Of a stretch of 64,000 bases of DNA, positions 34,913 through 46,862 are shown piece by piece. The DNA lies in contig JAXHMY010000001.1 of the NCBI GenBank assembly GCA_034520965.1, forward strand, positions 448,001-512,000, in the 5' to 3' direction. The stretch is from Spirochaetia bacterium (lineage in GTDB: Bacteria; Spirochaetota; Spirochaetia; DSM-16054; Sediminispirochaetaceae). The notes below the pieces were generated by a model, which worked only from the letters and a program-made list of their open reading frames with translations, searched no databases and had not been told where the DNA came from. The position numbers and the translations under genes are program-made. How positions within the stretch are numbered: the first letter of the stretch is position 1; the number at the start of each line of letters is the position of its first letter.

Positions 34913-34985
<73 letters not shown>

Positions 34986-34988
34986 ATT

Positions 34989-35024
34989 TGGCCAAATCAC
35001 TTAGTGGTTTGGCCATTTTTTTTT
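34989..35024 (+). terminator. Terminator after tRNA-fMet
   Basis: TGGCCAAATCAC-TTA-GTGGTTTGGCCA-T9. Confidence 0.8.
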
Positions 35025-35057
35025 GCCCTTCCGGCTGCCACTTCCGACTACCCCCTG

Positions 35058-36422
35058 CTACACAGGTACCGCGCCGTGTTCAACCGTAAGGGCCACAATG
35101 TCCTCCGCCGGAACATCTCGCGACGGAACGCCGCGCTGGACCGCCAGTGCCGCCGCAGCTCCCGCAGCCTGGCCCATCGCCATGCAGGTACACTGAGCCC
35201 GCAGACCGGCCAGTGCCCGTCGTTCGGATGAAATTATACGACCGGCAATCAAAAAGTATTTTACCCCTTTGGGAATAAGCGACCGAAAAGGGATTTTTGG
35301 AATCAGCTCCTCAGATGAGTGGAATTCTTCTTCGCATCCGGACTCTTCATTGTGCAGGTCAATATAATTGAAGGCATTGCAGATCTGGTCCGGATACGTG
35401 CGCGCCTCCATAAACTCATCGTAGGAAATCCGGTGTTCCCCTACCACCCGATACCCCTCTCTGGAGAGGGCCCGGGCATACATGGTTTGCAGCACTGCCC
35501 GTTCAGCACCCGGAATCTCTTCCTTTACAAAGCGGAACATCCGCAGCATTGCGGCCCTGCCGCGGATATTTGCATCGGTTTGCCCGTTGGCATCCGTGGT
35601 ATCACAGTCGTAGATGTGCGTGGCATTATGGCCACCCATCTGCAGGTACCATAAAAAGGGATAAGTTGCAAAATAAGCCCAATCGCCGGGCTGCAGTCGT
35701 CCCTCCGCCAGCGCTTCATCGTACAGCTGCTGCGCTTCGCCTTTCCACACCTGCTGCAGGTCTATGTCCTCAATTCGATACTGCAGCGTTCCGGGCTGTC
35801 GGGCCGGCGCCTTCTCAACCTCCAGTCCGGCCGCCCGGGCACCATCGGCATCCCCGGAGGCATCAATTATCTCTTTCGCTGTAGTAATACGTTTTATCCC
35901 GCGGGCGTAGGAGACAACCTCCCATCCAGCTCCATCAGCTCCGGCTGCAGCCACTTTGCCGACGAACTCGCCGTAGTGGAGTACAACCCCGGCCTCCAAA
36001 GCTTTCTGTTCGGCGATAGTTGCATAAATAGGTACATTGATGTGGCTGTAATATCCCGGAGTATCCACCGGACGGCGCTTGTGGAAAGGTTTGGGAGGAA
36101 TCCCTTCAATTTCCCGACTCTGCAGATACAACTCCCATGGAATCCCCTGCACAACCGACCCGCTGCGGGTATGAAAGTGGTTGGGCATGAACACTCCTCC
36201 CTCAGTCATAGTACCCCCGAGCATGTGTCCGGCCTCAATTACTGAAATTCGCGACGGCGGCTCAGTCGCCTGTGTATCTGCCGGACTGCCAGTCCGCCGC
36301 TCACCAGACGGCCCGGCCGGATTCAACCCGTTCAGTGCCCGCCCGGCCTGGATAGCTGCGATGTGTCCGGCGGTACCCCCGCCGATTATGAGTATTTCAA
36401 CCGATTCTCGAACAGTTTTCAT
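35058..36422 (-). CDS. FAD-dependent oxidoreductase
   Basis: IIGGGTAGHIAA, LGGTMTEGG, IDASGDAD, IPFRSLIP, CMAMGQAAG. Confidence 0.88.
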   Translation of the reverse strand: MKTVRESVEILIIGGGTAGHIAAIQAGRALNGLNPAGPSGERRTGSPADTQATEPPSRISVIEAGHMLGGTMTEGGVFMPNHFHTRSGSVVQGIPWELYLQSREIEGIPPKPFHKRRPVDTPGYYSHINVPIYATIAEQKALEAGVVLHYGEFVGKVAAAGADGAGWEVVSYARGIKRITTAKEIIDASGDADGARAAGLEVEKAPARQPGTLQYRIEDIDLQQVWKGEAQQLYDEALAEGRLQPGDWAYFATYPFLWYLQMGGHNATHIYDCDTTDANGQTDANIRGRAAMLRMFRFVKEEIPGAERAVLQTMYARALSREGYRVVGEHRISYDEFMEARTYPDQICNAFNYIDLHNEESGCEEEFHSSEELIPKIPFRSLIPKGVKYFLIAGRIISSERRALAGLRAQCTCMAMGQAAGAAAALAVQRGVPSRDVPAEDIVALTVEHGAVPV

Positions 36423-36598
36423 AGTATTCCTTATTACAGAGTATAGAGGAGTGTGAGAATAAGTCAAGCTTTATTTCACATTTTAATATTACATTTTAAT
36501 AATTAAAATAAAAACTGCGAGCTCGTTTAAACTATTTCAAGTCTAATTCAAAGCGCACCGCAAGTATGGGTGCCTAGGAAAAACTCCACCCCAGTTCC

Positions 36599-37354
36599 TC
36601 AGATGTCCGCCGGCCGAACATCCCGCAACACCTGAATCACCCGCTCTTCCTTCTCCGGGCTTAAGCGGGTAATCGGGGCGGAGACACTAATCGCGGCGAT
36701 GTTTCTTCCGCTGAAATCCTTAATCGGAAAGGCTATACACCTCACCCCTACCTCACACTCCTGGTTGTCGTAGGCAAAGCCCCGCTGCTTGACCGTCTCT
36801 ATCTCGGCCAAAAACTTCTCGGAGGTGGTAATTGTGTGCTCAGTAAAAGCCGGTAAGCCCTTCGACTCCACATACCCCTCAAGCAGGGGGCCGCTGTAAT
36901 TCTGCAGCAGCACCTTCCCGGCCCCGGTACTGTGCATCGGGGCCACCTTCCCAATCCGCTGCAATGTCCGCAGCATGTGGTCGGGCCCGTCCACCGTATC
37001 GATGTACACCACGCTCCCATCCCGCTCAACCGACAGGGAAACCGGCTCCTGCAGCTCCCGGCTCACCTCTTCTAAATAGGGATGGATAAGCTTCTGATAC
37101 GGATAATTGGAGTGTACCCGGCTGCCCAGCTGGGCCAGCTTCAGGGTAAGACTGTAACGAGAGGTGCGAGCCTCCCGGCTCACATACCCGTAATCGATCA
37201 TGGTTTTCAAAAAGCGCAGCAGGGTACTCTCGGGCATTTCCAGCTCATGCGCCAGATCATGCAATCGCAGCGGCGCCCCATGACTCGCCAATACCTCAAA
37301 AATCTGTAAAGCCTTGCCAAGCGACTGGTTCTTTTTCACCCCCTCCGACTGCAT
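36599..37354 (-). CDS. IclR-family transcriptional regulator
   Basis: NQSLGKALQIFE, HSTGAGK, GFAYDNQECEVGVRCIA. Confidence 0.92.
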   Translation of the reverse strand: MQSEGVKKNQSLGKALQIFEVLASHGAPLRLHDLAHELEMPESTLLRFLKTMIDYGYVSREARTSRYSLTLKLAQLGSRVHSNYPYQKLIHPYLEEVSRELQEPVSLSVERDGSVVYIDTVDGPDHMLRTLQRIGKVAPMHSTGAGKVLLQNYSGPLLEGYVESKGLPAFTEHTITTSEKFLAEIETVKQRGFAYDNQECEVGVRCIAFPIKDFSGRNIAAISVSAPITRLSPEKEERVIQVLRDVRPADI

Positions 37355-37626
37355 CAGTATCTCCTTTCTTAGGTTCCCACAATACTGGAAAAGTCCGTTT
37401 TCGTCCAGCTTCACCCAGTTTCATCTGCCCTTGGGGTCCCAAAATGAAAGCCCCGACACAGAAAAGGGACGGGAATTTTGAGCGGGGGAAGGCCCCCGCG
37501 CTCCATAGCCGCCGGGTAAAGAATGGGGCTCCCGGGCGCTATTCCGTCTTCGCTCCTCCGCTCAGCCGGGCGCCCTGGCCACTCACTTCGTTCGTTGCTC
37601 GGGCATGCATCCGGGCCCGGGGCGGG

Positions 37627-39774
37627 CTATTGCGCTCCCCCCTTAGTGGGCAGACGGGTAGAAAGTGCTTTGGCGGTGAACACCGGCTGCTCACAGGCGA
37701 AATTTTTACAGATGTATGCCGATGCCCCGCTATGGGTATCGGGCCTGTGATACTCGGTATGCGGGGCGATACGGGCAAGCTGTTCTGCGGTGCCGGTGGT
37801 CTTCCGCAGGACAAAGCCCTTGGGCAGAAATAAGCTGCGAAGATACTCGACCATTTTATCAGCCTCCGCCCCGTCCCCCGCAATAACCACCTCGAAATCG
37901 TAGCCCCTCAACAGGTTATCAACAGCAGAAATAATGCCCGAACAGGCCATCGGGGCAGCCTCAATTTCCCGCCGGTGTGCAGCTGCCGCTCGCAGCGCGG
38001 AGTCCCGGAACTCAGTCTCACCGCTTACGCGAAACAGAAGCAGCAGATTTTCGATCATCTTCGACACCGCAGATGGAAGTGCCCCCTCGTACAGACTCTT
38101 CGTTTGAAGGGGAAGGGAGGAGGCCCCTTCGCGGTGGCTTAAAAAGTAGCCGCCCTTCTCCTTATCCTCGAAGCGGTCAAGAACCGTCCCGACAAGCCCC
38201 AGAGCCTCCTGCAAATAAGAAGGGTCGAAACCGGCGCTGTAGAGTTCTATCAGCCCGGAGATAAAAAAGGCATAATCCTCAAGATTCCCTTCTACCGCGG
38301 CCTCACCCCTGCGATATCTATGAAAAAGGGAACCATCATCGCTTCTCATGAAGGAGAGGAGAAACTGCGCCGCCCCTGCCGCGCGGCTTGTATATTCCGG
38401 CTCTCTCAGCACCCGCCCTGCCCGCGCCAGGGCGGCTATCATTAGGCCGTTCCAGTTAGTCAGTACCTTGTCGTCCCGCGCAGGCGGAACCCGGAGGCTT
38501 CGCTGCCGATAGAGTTCCTCCCGAATATCCTCCCAATTGGCAAATTCCGAAAAAGCGCTTCTGCCCGCCTCCGTGTACAGTATGTTGCTCCTCTGCTCCT
38601 CACCGCTTACCGGATCGCGCCAGTTTCCGTCCGACCGAAGATGAAAAAAATCCGCCACAGCCTCCTTATTAATGCTAGTATTCCGGTTTTCGAGAAGCTC
38701 GATAAACTCATCCCTGCTCCAGAGATAATACTTGCCCTCCTCCCCTTCGCTCTCCGCATCGAGGGCGGAATAGAAACCTCCCTTTGGAGCGGCAAGCTCG
38801 GCAAGGACGAAGCGGATTGTCTCCCGCGCCGTTTCACCACAGAGTCGGTCGCCCCCTGCCTGAAATGCATCGAGATACACCGGCACCAGGAGGGCTTGAT
38901 CGTAGAGCATCTTTTCAAAGTGAGGAACCCTCCACTGCCGGTCTGTGGCATAGCGGTGAAAGCCCAAACCGATGTGGTCGTAGATTCCGCCGGCACGCAT
39001 CTGGCTGAGGCTGTGCAGCACCATGCGTAGTGCCTCTCCGCCCTCTTCAAGATTGGTGATGTTATGGAGGAGAAATGTCAGGAGCGGAGTCTGGGGAAAT
39101 TTTGGAGCAGAGCCGAAACCTCCCCACCGGCTATCATAACGGTCGCGAAGGTCGGCATATACATCGGCAAGGTGGACCTGCGGCAGGGGCAAGGCGGAAG
39201 TTTCATTTTCATCTGCTTGAACTTCCTCCGGCCGCAGGGCCGATATAATCGAATCGGCAGAGGCACGCACCCGCTGCCGTTCCTCCTTCCACAGGCGCTC
39301 CACCTCCGGCAAGAGCTCCAACATGCCCGCTCGTCCGCCCATGCCGTGTTTTGGAATGTAGGTTGCTGCAAAAAAGGGTTTACCCTCGGGAGTGGCGATA
39401 ATTGTCAGGGGCCAGCCCCCTTGCCCGTTGAGTTTAAGCGCTACATCCATGTAAAACGCATCCACCTCCGGACGCTCCTCACGGTCTATTTTAACCGGCA
39501 CAAAGCCTCGATTAAGAAGCTCAGCCACCTTTTCGTCTTCAAAAGACTCCCGCGCCATTACGTGACACCAGTGGCAAGTCGAGTAGCCGATGGATATAAA
39601 CAGAGGCTTTTCCTCCCGCCTTGCATACGCGAAAGTTTCCTCTTCCCACATACGCCAATTAACGGGATTGTACATATGCCCAAGCAGGTAGGGATTGTTG
39701 GAATAGGCCAGCCCGTTGACGTGCTCTTCCGTTCCTTTCCCATCATCAGAAAATTTTTCTTTTTCTTCAGACAT
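37627..39774 (-). CDS. Thioredoxin-domain DUF255 protein (YyaL/SPATA20-like)
   Basis: [48 protein letters not shown]. Confidence 0.92.
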   Translation of the reverse strand: MSEEKEKFSDDGKGTEEHVNGLAYSNNPYLLGHMYNPVNWRMWEEETFAYARREEKPLFISIGYSTCHWCHVMARESFEDEKVAELLNRGFVPVKIDREERPEVDAFYMDVALKLNGQGGWPLTIIATPEGKPFFAATYIPKHGMGGRAGMLELLPEVERLWKEERQRVRASADSIISALRPEEVQADENETSALPLPQVHLADVYADLRDRYDSRWGGFGSAPKFPQTPLLTFLLHNITNLEEGGEALRMVLHSLSQMRAGGIYDHIGLGFHRYATDRQWRVPHFEKMLYDQALLVPVYLDAFQAGGDRLCGETARETIRFVLAELAAPKGGFYSALDAESEGEEGKYYLWSRDEFIELLENRNTSINKEAVADFFHLRSDGNWRDPVSGEEQRSNILYTEAGRSAFSEFANWEDIREELYRQRSLRVPPARDDKVLTNWNGLMIAALARAGRVLREPEYTSRAAGAAQFLLSFMRSDDGSLFHRYRRGEAAVEGNLEDYAFFISGLIELYSAGFDPSYLQEALGLVGTVLDRFEDKEKGGYFLSHREGASSLPLQTKSLYEGALPSAVSKMIENLLLLFRVSGETEFRDSALRAAAAHRREIEAAPMACSGIISAVDNLLRGYDFEVVIAGDGAEADKMVEYLRSLFLPKGFVLRKTTGTAEQLARIAPHTEYHRPDTHSGASAYICKNFACEQPVFTAKALSTRLPTKGGAQ

Positions 39775-39926
39775 AAAACCTCCCTACTCAAATGTAACCC
39801 CAGCCCCTTGGTGAGGAAACCCCCATTATTCAAATTCCTGTAAACTCAGAAAAAAGCGGTGCACCACGTCGCGCACCACGTGAAAACATGCTGTGAAATT
39901 CGGCTAAAGCTTGCTACAATTGAGCC

Positions 39927-40846
39927 ATGATACGAAGTTTTAAGCAGTTGATTGAAGAGGTTCAGGCCAAACACATTAGCCCGATTGCAGTGGCCGGTGC
40001 AGAAGACCCGCCCGGTACGAGGCAGCGGTTTGTGCCGCCAAGGACCAAGAGATTATGGAGGCCGTGCTGGTAGGCAATGGCAGCAGGATCGAGGAGGGAC
40101 TGCAGGCCACCGGCCGCTCACCCGCCGACTTCCGGGTAGAGCATGTAGACGGTAATTCAGAGGCGGTGGCCGAGCGCACGGTGCAGCTGGTTCTCGACGG
40201 AGAAGTCGGCTCAATCATGAAGGGCTACATGGACACATCGGTACTCCTCAAAGCGGTTCTGGCCCATAAGGAGCTGAAAACCGGCCGTTTTATGAGCGTC
40301 CTGGGCATTATCGAAAGCCCCCACTACAAAAAGCTGCTGTTTTTAACCGACAGCGGTTTTATCATCCGCCCCACCCTGGAGCAAAAGATCGATCTTATTC
40401 ACAACGGGGTTGATTTGGTGGAGAAACTCGGTGGAGAAATGCCGAAAGTAGGGGTGGTCTGCGCGGTTGAAAAGGTAAATGAGAAAATGCCCGACACCCT
40501 GGATGCCGCCGAATTGGCCGGACTAAATCAGCAGGGGGACATTACCGGCTGCATTGTGGAGGGCCCCCTGGGCTTCGACAACGCCGTCTCGGCGGAGGCA
40601 GCCGCCCACAAGGGGGTGCAGGGGCAGGTCCCCGGAGATGCGGATATTCTGCTCTTTCCCGACCTAGTCTCGGCCAATTCGGTGTATAAAACCTTCGGCT
40701 TTCTTACCGACTCCAAAACCGCCGGCTACCTGGCGGGCGCACAGGTGCCCATCATCATCACCTCCCGGGCGGACAGCGTAGAAACCAAACTAAATTCACT
40801 GGCCATGGTGGCCCTGGCCTCAGCGACCTCTTCCTCTCGCCCCTAA
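39927..40846 (+). CDS. ptb: Phosphate butyryltransferase / acyltransferase, frameshift near the 5' end
   Basis: IMKG, FLTDSG, AVEKVNEKMPDTLDAA, VEGPLGFDNAVS, ITSRADS. Confidence 0.8.
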
Positions 40847-41703
40847 GAGCGGTCACTCTGCAGCTCCTGCTGCAGCTCCTGTACGATCTGCCGGCGGTCA
40901 TGATCCCTCATCCGGCGGGCAAAACTTACCCTCTCCGGGGCTAGACTGCGGCGGCTCAGCTCCATAAGCTCCGGGTTGGCAATTACGTTGTGGGGCGGCA
41001 GGTTCAGGCGCCGGGCATGGGTATCCCGCAGGTTAAACAGCCGCCTCAGCAGCTCCTGTTCCCCCTTTTTCAAGTAGCGGAAGCCCTTCATCTTTTTGTG
41101 GCGCTGCCCCGGGGTACGCTTATAATTCCGGTTTTGAACAATCGAGTTGCGGTGGTAGAACTCCTCCAGCTGACCGGCTGCGTACAAGCGCTCCAGCAGC
41201 TCCTTTTTTAAGGCTGGAATGTGCAGCACATCGTCAATGGCATACTCAAGCGCTTCTTCATCAATAGGCCGTTTCAGCCAGTTATAACGCTGAAACTTTT
41301 TCTTGGCCTTGGTCTCGACGCCCAGCACCTTCCCCAGCACGCTGGAGTAGTCCTTTTTTTCAAACTCGAGCAGGTCCGCCGCCGGCCGCAGGTCCAGTAC
41401 GCTTTTAATCGTCATACCGTAACCGTTCACCAAGAGTGAAATATCACTGGAGGCATCCCACATTACCTTCAACAGCTTCTCATCCTCCAGCAGCAGGGGA
41501 AGAGCCCCCTGTTCTATTTTCAGGGGGTCGATAATAATCGCCTCCTGGCCGTCATACACCTGTATTAAACAGAGACGCTCGCCGTATACATGCAAGTTGA
41601 ACTCACCCTCCAAATCGACCGCCAGGGAGGTTCTTTCTTCTTTCTTGAGGGTATCCACATACAACTGCAGTGTGTCCCTATCATTAATTTCCCTATATTT
41701 CAT
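40843..41703 (-). CDS. rnd: Ribonuclease D-like 3'-5' exonuclease with HRDC domain
   Basis: AVDLEGE, LCLIQV, NWLKRP, YAIDDV, C-terminal RDTHARRLNLPP. Confidence 0.82.
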   Translation of the reverse strand: MKYREINDRDTLQLYVDTLKKEERTSLAVDLEGEFNLHVYGERLCLIQVYDGQEAIIIDPLKIEQGALPLLLEDEKLLKVMWDASSDISLLVNGYGMTIKSVLDLRPAADLLEFEKKDYSSVLGKVLGVETKAKKKFQRYNWLKRPIDEEALEYAIDDVLHIPALKKELLERLYAAGQLEEFYHRNSIVQNRNYKRTPGQRHKKMKGFRYLKKGEQELLRRLFNLRDTHARRLNLPPHNVIANPELMELSRRSLAPERVSFARRMRDHDRRQIVQELQQELQSDRS

Positions 41704-41822
41704 TATACCCCACTATAACATAAAAGAAGGTTGCTTATAGAGCCCCTATAGCTTAAAATTCATGGATTCACTTCTGAGACCAGCTTTACAATTGTTTTTC
41801 CAATTCCAGGGGAGGAAACCTT

Positions 41823-44322
41823 ATGAAAGGAATTGCACTCTTTACTTACCATGCAGTTTTTTGCGCAGTATGACTTGTACGGTCTGCGACCCCCTCCTTT
41901 AGCAGCGGCTCCTCGCCCGGTCCATGAGAGTGTTGCCCTGTCAAGCTCAGTGCAGGGTGGTTTTGTAAACCCGGCCGTGCTTAGTTACGGGCGCGGCACC
42001 GGCTTTGCATATCTTCAGAATTACACCGATCAGGGCTTTAGCGATGATTTTACCTTATATCTGCATACCAAGTTATTGGGCTATGCCTATTCGTCCGAAC
42101 AAAATGAAAATTTTCATACCCTAACAGCTTCTTTTCCGTTAATGGATAATTTGTATTTCGGAACATCCCTGCATACCTCCGACTTTAACGAGGCAAGCTC
42201 TATTTGGAATACGGGCCTGCTCCTGCGGCCGCGCCCCTTTTTATCAATAGGAGCCACTGCCGGCTTGCCTCCGGAGGAGGACCCAACGTACACCCTCGGA
42301 GTAGCCCTACGGCCACTCTCGTTCACCCGCCCCGAAGCAACTCACCGGCTAAGCCTGTTTGCCGACTTACCCTGGACAGCAGAGACGCTTCAGCTCCCTA
42401 AAGTAGGAGTACACTTCGAACCGGTGAACGGAGTTCAGGCTCGCCTCGGATACGATCTTGAGTCACAGTCACTCGGATTCTCGTTAAGCATCGCCCTTTC
42501 ATCGGTCAACGGCGGAACATCTCTCTCCACCGATACATCTGGAAACATGGAGTCCGGGACAGCCTTTGTTCAATTTGCTCCCCGGCCGTTCAATCATCCC
42601 CGGTCTTTTGGAAATGAGCTATATTATGAATACGATATGGGACCGGGGGTGTACGAGGCGCCCCAGGGAATGCGCACCGGCCCATTCTACTTTCTCATAA
42701 ATCAAAATACATTGCTCAACAGACTCAATGAGCTTAAAGAAATCGCCGATGACCCATCCATCAGCGGGCTGATATTTGTAAACCAGCACCCCCAAATGTC
42801 CCTGAGTACCATGCGGGAACTTCGGGATGCGCTGTTGCACCTCAAAAGCAAGGGTAAACAGATATACTTTTACAGCAACCGGATGAACACCGTCGAATAC
42901 AGCCTGGCCGCTGCTACGGCCGATAAGCTTTACCTCCACCCCCAAGGAAGCCTCGACCTGCGCGGGCTTTCGGCCTCCAGCCCATATTTGAACAGTTTCT
43001 TTGAGAAATACGGCATCGAGGTTGAAAATTTTAGAACCGGAGATTATAAAACCGCCTACAATTTCCTGTCCGAGGATTCAATGCCTCCCGCAGAACGGGA
43101 GGCCCTGGATTACATGCTGCAGGGAATGTTGGACGAGTTGGTCCTGGTTATAGAAGAAGGACGGGGAGAAGATTTAAACGGGTCGGCCCGTGAGCTTATT
43201 AAAAACGGCCCCTACCTTAAGGCAGAAGACGCCCTTTCAGCCGGTCTGGTAGACGGTTTACTGCAGCAGGATGAATTTAAAGACGAAATTCCTGCTTACA
43301 TAGGAAAAAAGGGCATAAGGAACAATCAGCCCCCGCAGCAAATCCGTCGCGAATGGAGTAAGCCACCGAGCACGAAGGTTGCCTTTATCCAGGCTGTCGG
43401 GCCGATTCATACCGACCAAAAGAATCCCTTCGACAGTATTGGAGCAGAAACAACCGCAGCAGCTCTCAAAGCAGCCCGCGAGAACAGCCGGATAGAGGCT
43501 ATTTTGCTTCGAATAAACTCGGGCGGCGGTTCAGCCCTGGCCTCCGATATCATCGCCCGCGAAGTCCAGCTGTGCCTAAGTGGTGAAAACGCAAAACCGG
43601 TTATAGTTACTATGGGAGGTACCGCCGCCAGCGGCGGCTATTACATTTCCGCCTTTGCCGATAAAATCGTCGCATCCCCCTTCACCCTCACCGGTTCAAT
43701 TGGAGTAATCACTATTTTTCCGAACATCGCCGACGCCCTGGAGCAGCATGCAATCCAATGGGATGTGGTCAAACAGGGCCCGCAGGCGGATTTTGGGGCT
43801 TTGTACCGACGGCTAACTACGGAGGAACGGGAGAGTATCAACGACTATCTGCAGCATACCTACAACCGTTTTCTGCAGGTGGTCAGCGAGGGCCGTAATA
43901 TTCCACAGACAGAAGTGGAAAAGGTTGCCGGCGGCCGAGTGTGGACCGGAGTGCAGGCCCGGGAACGGGGATTGGTAGATGCGATTGGCGGATACCGGGA
44001 GGCCATCGACATCCTTGCGGAGGAGCTCGATACATCCAAAGAAATTGAACTGATAAATTACACCTTTGCCGATACCTGGGGCACAGTGTCCCTGGGGCGG
44101 CAACTGGGGCGACAAAGCATAATTGCAAACAGTTTGCTGAATATCCGTTCACAGCTGTCCGGCAGCATTCAAAACCGCTTCGAGGGGTTCCTCCCTCCGG
44201 AGGTGGCCAACTTTTACCGCTATTACCGGATATCTGCCGCAAGCGACCCCCACGCGGGCCTGATGCTCATGCCTTATTACGTGGAAGGAATAACTACTGC
44301 AGGCGCTTTCAAGGAAAAATAA
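41823..44322 (+). CDS. sppA: Signal peptide peptidase SppA (tandem S49) with N-terminal beta-rich domain; probable frameshift in the signal peptide
   Basis: GDYKTA (Lys), RINSGGGSALASD, AASGGYY (Ser), TGSIGV, GGRVWTG; SD GGAGG before ATG 41823. Confidence 0.85.
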
Positions 44323-44369
44323 TTTTGCTGTACTGAAGCAGGGAACCATCTCCGCCCCTCTATTGGGGT

Positions 44370-45062
44370 ATGAGATACCAAGAAGAAGTATTTGAACAGC
44401 CGCTGGGCGGGGTCACCGGCCTTGAAAAGGCCCGCCCCCGCGAGCGATTACTCCTGCAGGGTGCCGGCCGGCTCAGTGATCTTGATCTGGCGGCACTGAT
44501 TATAGGTTCGGGCATAAAGGGCAATTCGGTCGATAAAATTGCCGAAAAACTGGTGCAGATACTCGACCAAACCTCCGCCCCGGTAATAGAGGTACAAGCC
44601 GTCCGGGCAATTCCCGGAATCGGAACCGCCAAAGCCGCCCAAATATGTGCCGCCCTGGAGTACGCCCGACGGCGGCTGCGGCCGGCGGAAAACCGTATCC
44701 GCTTTCCCCAGGATCTGCTGCCGGTCATTCGTCACTATGCCGACCGCCGCCGTGAGCATTTCCTCAGTATCAGCTTGAACGGCGCTCACGAAGTCATCAG
44801 CGTGCGCGTGGTGTCTATAGGGTCTGTGAATCGAACGATCGTCCACCCTAGGGAAGTCTTCTGCGAACCCCTGCAGGACCGGGCCACAGCTGTTTTGGCC
44901 GCCCACAACCATCCCTCGGGCAATGTAGACCCCAGCGACGAAGACCGGGAGATTACCACCCGCCTTCGCCAGGCCGGGGAGACTTTAGGAATTAGCCTGC
45001 TGGACCACATCATTTTTACTCAAAACAGCTATTACAGCTTTTTAGAACACGGGGCGTTGTGA
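44370..45062 (+). CDS. radC: RadC (JAB/MPN domain) protein
   Basis: RPRERL, GIGTAKA, VHPREVF, HNHPSG, D, LLDHII. Confidence 0.95.
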   Translation: MRYQEEVFEQPLGGVTGLEKARPRERLLLQGAGRLSDLDLAALIIGSGIKGNSVDKIAEKLVQILDQTSAPVIEVQAVRAIPGIGTAKAAQICAALEYARRRLRPAENRIRFPQDLLPVIRHYADRRREHFLSISLNGAHEVISVRVVSIGSVNRTIVHPREVFCEPLQDRATAVLAAHNHPSGNVDPSDEDREITTRLRQAGETLGISLLDHIIFTQNSYYSFLEHGAL

Positions 45063-45136
45063 AAGAAAAAGGATCTTGGTCATTTCTGCTGGTTCTTGCT
45101 ATTTAAAACGAGGAGCATAAGATGTATAATTCGATT

Positions 45137-45322
45137 ATGGGTATCACGAAGGACAATGCAATAAAAGCTATCCAAGAATTGCCTGACGACGCAACTTATG
45201 AAGACATCATGGAGAAGCTCTATTTCATGGAAAAAGTTGAAGCAGGGTTAAAAGATATCCGCGAGGAAGCCACCGTCTCTCATGAAGAAGTAAAGAAACG
45301 TATTCATAGATGGCTGAAGTAG
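45137..45322 (+). CDS. Putative antitoxin (partner of the downstream RelE/ParE)
   Basis: IQELPDDATYEDIMEKLYF..VSHEEVKKR; overlaps the toxin start; alternative start at 45122. Confidence 0.75.
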   Translation: MGITKDNAIKAIQELPDDATYEDIMEKLYFMEKVEAGLKDIREEATVSHEEVKKRIHRWLK

Positions 45323-45597
45323 AAATACTGTGGTCCAAAAAAGCACTATCGGATATAGAAGAAATTATCACCTACATTTCGAAGGATTCTCCATCTTACG
45401 CACGTAATTTTGCATTGAAAATACTCGAAAGTATCGAGACCATCCGAACCTTTCCCCACATAGGTCGGATTGTACCAGAATACAATGACCCTCAACTGAG
45501 AGAAATACTATTTCGCAATTACAGAATAGTATACAAGTCAGGCGAAACCCGTGCAGAAATAGCAACGATTTTCCAGGGTAGTAAGCTGCTGGAGTAG
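45310..45597 (+). CDS. RelE/ParE-family toxin
   Basis: WSKKALSDIEEI, FPHIGRIVPE, RE..FRNYRIVY. Confidence 0.88.
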   Translation: MAEVEILWSKKALSDIEEIITYISKDSPSYARNFALKILESIETIRTFPHIGRIVPEYNDPQLREILFRNYRIVYKSGETRAEIATIFQGSKLLE

Positions 45598-45745
45598 ACA
45601 GGAAAATAGTATGGACCATTGAGGCCGCAGCAGCGAGGAGGGGGTGTTGTGAGACACTTCGGACATGCACAGACACAGGCCAAGAATCTTTTTTTGTTGA
45701 CAATCGGGTGACAATAGAATATACTTTTGAAGTAGGAGAAATAGG

Positions 45746-46030
45746 ATGAAATTCATTACCGTCAGAGACCTCAGAACCTCACCTGCACAAATCTGGAAGG
45801 ATTTGCCGACAGAACGGGAGATGGTCATTACCAACAACGGGAAACCCATAGCACTGCTCACCCCTGTAGGTGACGCGAACCTGGAGGAAACCCTTGCTGC
45901 TGTGAGAAGGGCGCACGCGATTCAGTCGGTGAAACAAATGCAACAGACATCGATGCGTCGCGGCACTACCGGTCTCCCCGAATCCGAAATCCAGGACGAA
46001 ATTATCCGGGCCCGCACCGAGCATTCATGA
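45746..46030 (+). CDS. Phd/YefM-family antitoxin
   Basis: MKFITVRDLR, VITNNGKPIALL; TTGACA-17-TATACT promoter upstream. Confidence 0.88.
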   Translation: MKFITVRDLRTSPAQIWKDLPTEREMVITNNGKPIALLTPVGDANLEETLAAVRRAHAIQSVKQMQQTSMRRGTTGLPESEIQDEIIRARTEHS

Positions 46031-46422
46031 TCATTGTCCTCGATACCAACATACTCGTCTCTGCTCCTCTCAATCCTGAAAGCTACCCTGCCCACGTCCT
46101 CAATGCGATCTTGAACGAAAAAGTGACTCTGCTTTTCGACAACAGAATACTTGAAGAATACAAAAGGGTTCTGCTGCGGCCGCGGTTCGGATTCTCTGTG
46201 GAGATTGTAGGACCTCTGCTCGATTATCTCGAATCTGAAGGGGAGTTCGTGGCGGCCGACTATTCCGGCAGACAATTCGAGGATGACGAAGACAAGAAGT
46301 TCTACGAAGTTGCTGTGACCGGAGGCGCCGACTATCTGGTCACCGGCAACATAAGACATTTCCCGAATGAATCCCTTATCATCACCCCGAAAGACTTCAC
46401 TGAGAGAGAATTGGGCCGGTGA
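46027..46422 (+). CDS. PIN-domain (VapC-like) toxin
   Basis: IVLDTNILVSA, EEY, DDEDKKF, YLVTGNIRHF. Confidence 0.88.
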   Translation: MIIVLDTNILVSAPLNPESYPAHVLNAILNEKVTLLFDNRILEEYKRVLLRPRFGFSVEIVGPLLDYLESEGEFVAADYSGRQFEDDEDKKFYEVAVTGGADYLVTGNIRHFPNESLIITPKDFTERELGR

Positions 46423-46637
46423 TTTTTACCTACTCTCGCCAGCAATACTCACACTAGTGTATACCTTATAAGAGAATAAATCCCGAACGTCAAAATACCC
46501 ATATTTGGCCTCTTTAATAGAGACAAAATGGAGTATTTCTACACTCCCGGTGAAAATATTTCCATCTGGAAAAAGCTGCCCGCGGGTGTGATAATGAGGT
46601 CTTGTATGCTATAATATAATAGAAATGAGGACATGAA

Positions 46638-46862
46638 ATGAATACCAGAGACCTTATTGATGTAGCATATTCTCTCCCGGTTGAAGAAAGGGTTCGGCTC
46701 GTAGATTCTCTTCTGCAAAGCCTCAACAAACCAGAAACCGAGCTCGACAAGAAATGGACAGCAGTCGCCCGCAGAAGGCTGCAGGAACTGCAGAATGGAT
46801 CTGTCGAAGCAATACCCGGCAAGGAAGTATTCGAAAAGGTATGGCAAAGGTTTCATGATTGA
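46638..46862 (+). CDS. Addiction-module antitoxin
   Basis: SLPVEERVRLVDSLLQSL..KW..ARRRL..IPGKEVF. Confidence 0.85.
   Translation: MNTRDLIDVAYSLPVEERVRLVDSLLQSLNKPETELDKKWTAVARRRLQELQNGSVEAIPGKEVFEKVWQRFHD

Noticed and set aside
39861..39881. Short direct repeat GCACCACGT x2 (also CCACAAATT x2 near 54633-54658)
   Set aside because: Too short and too few copies to separate from chance.
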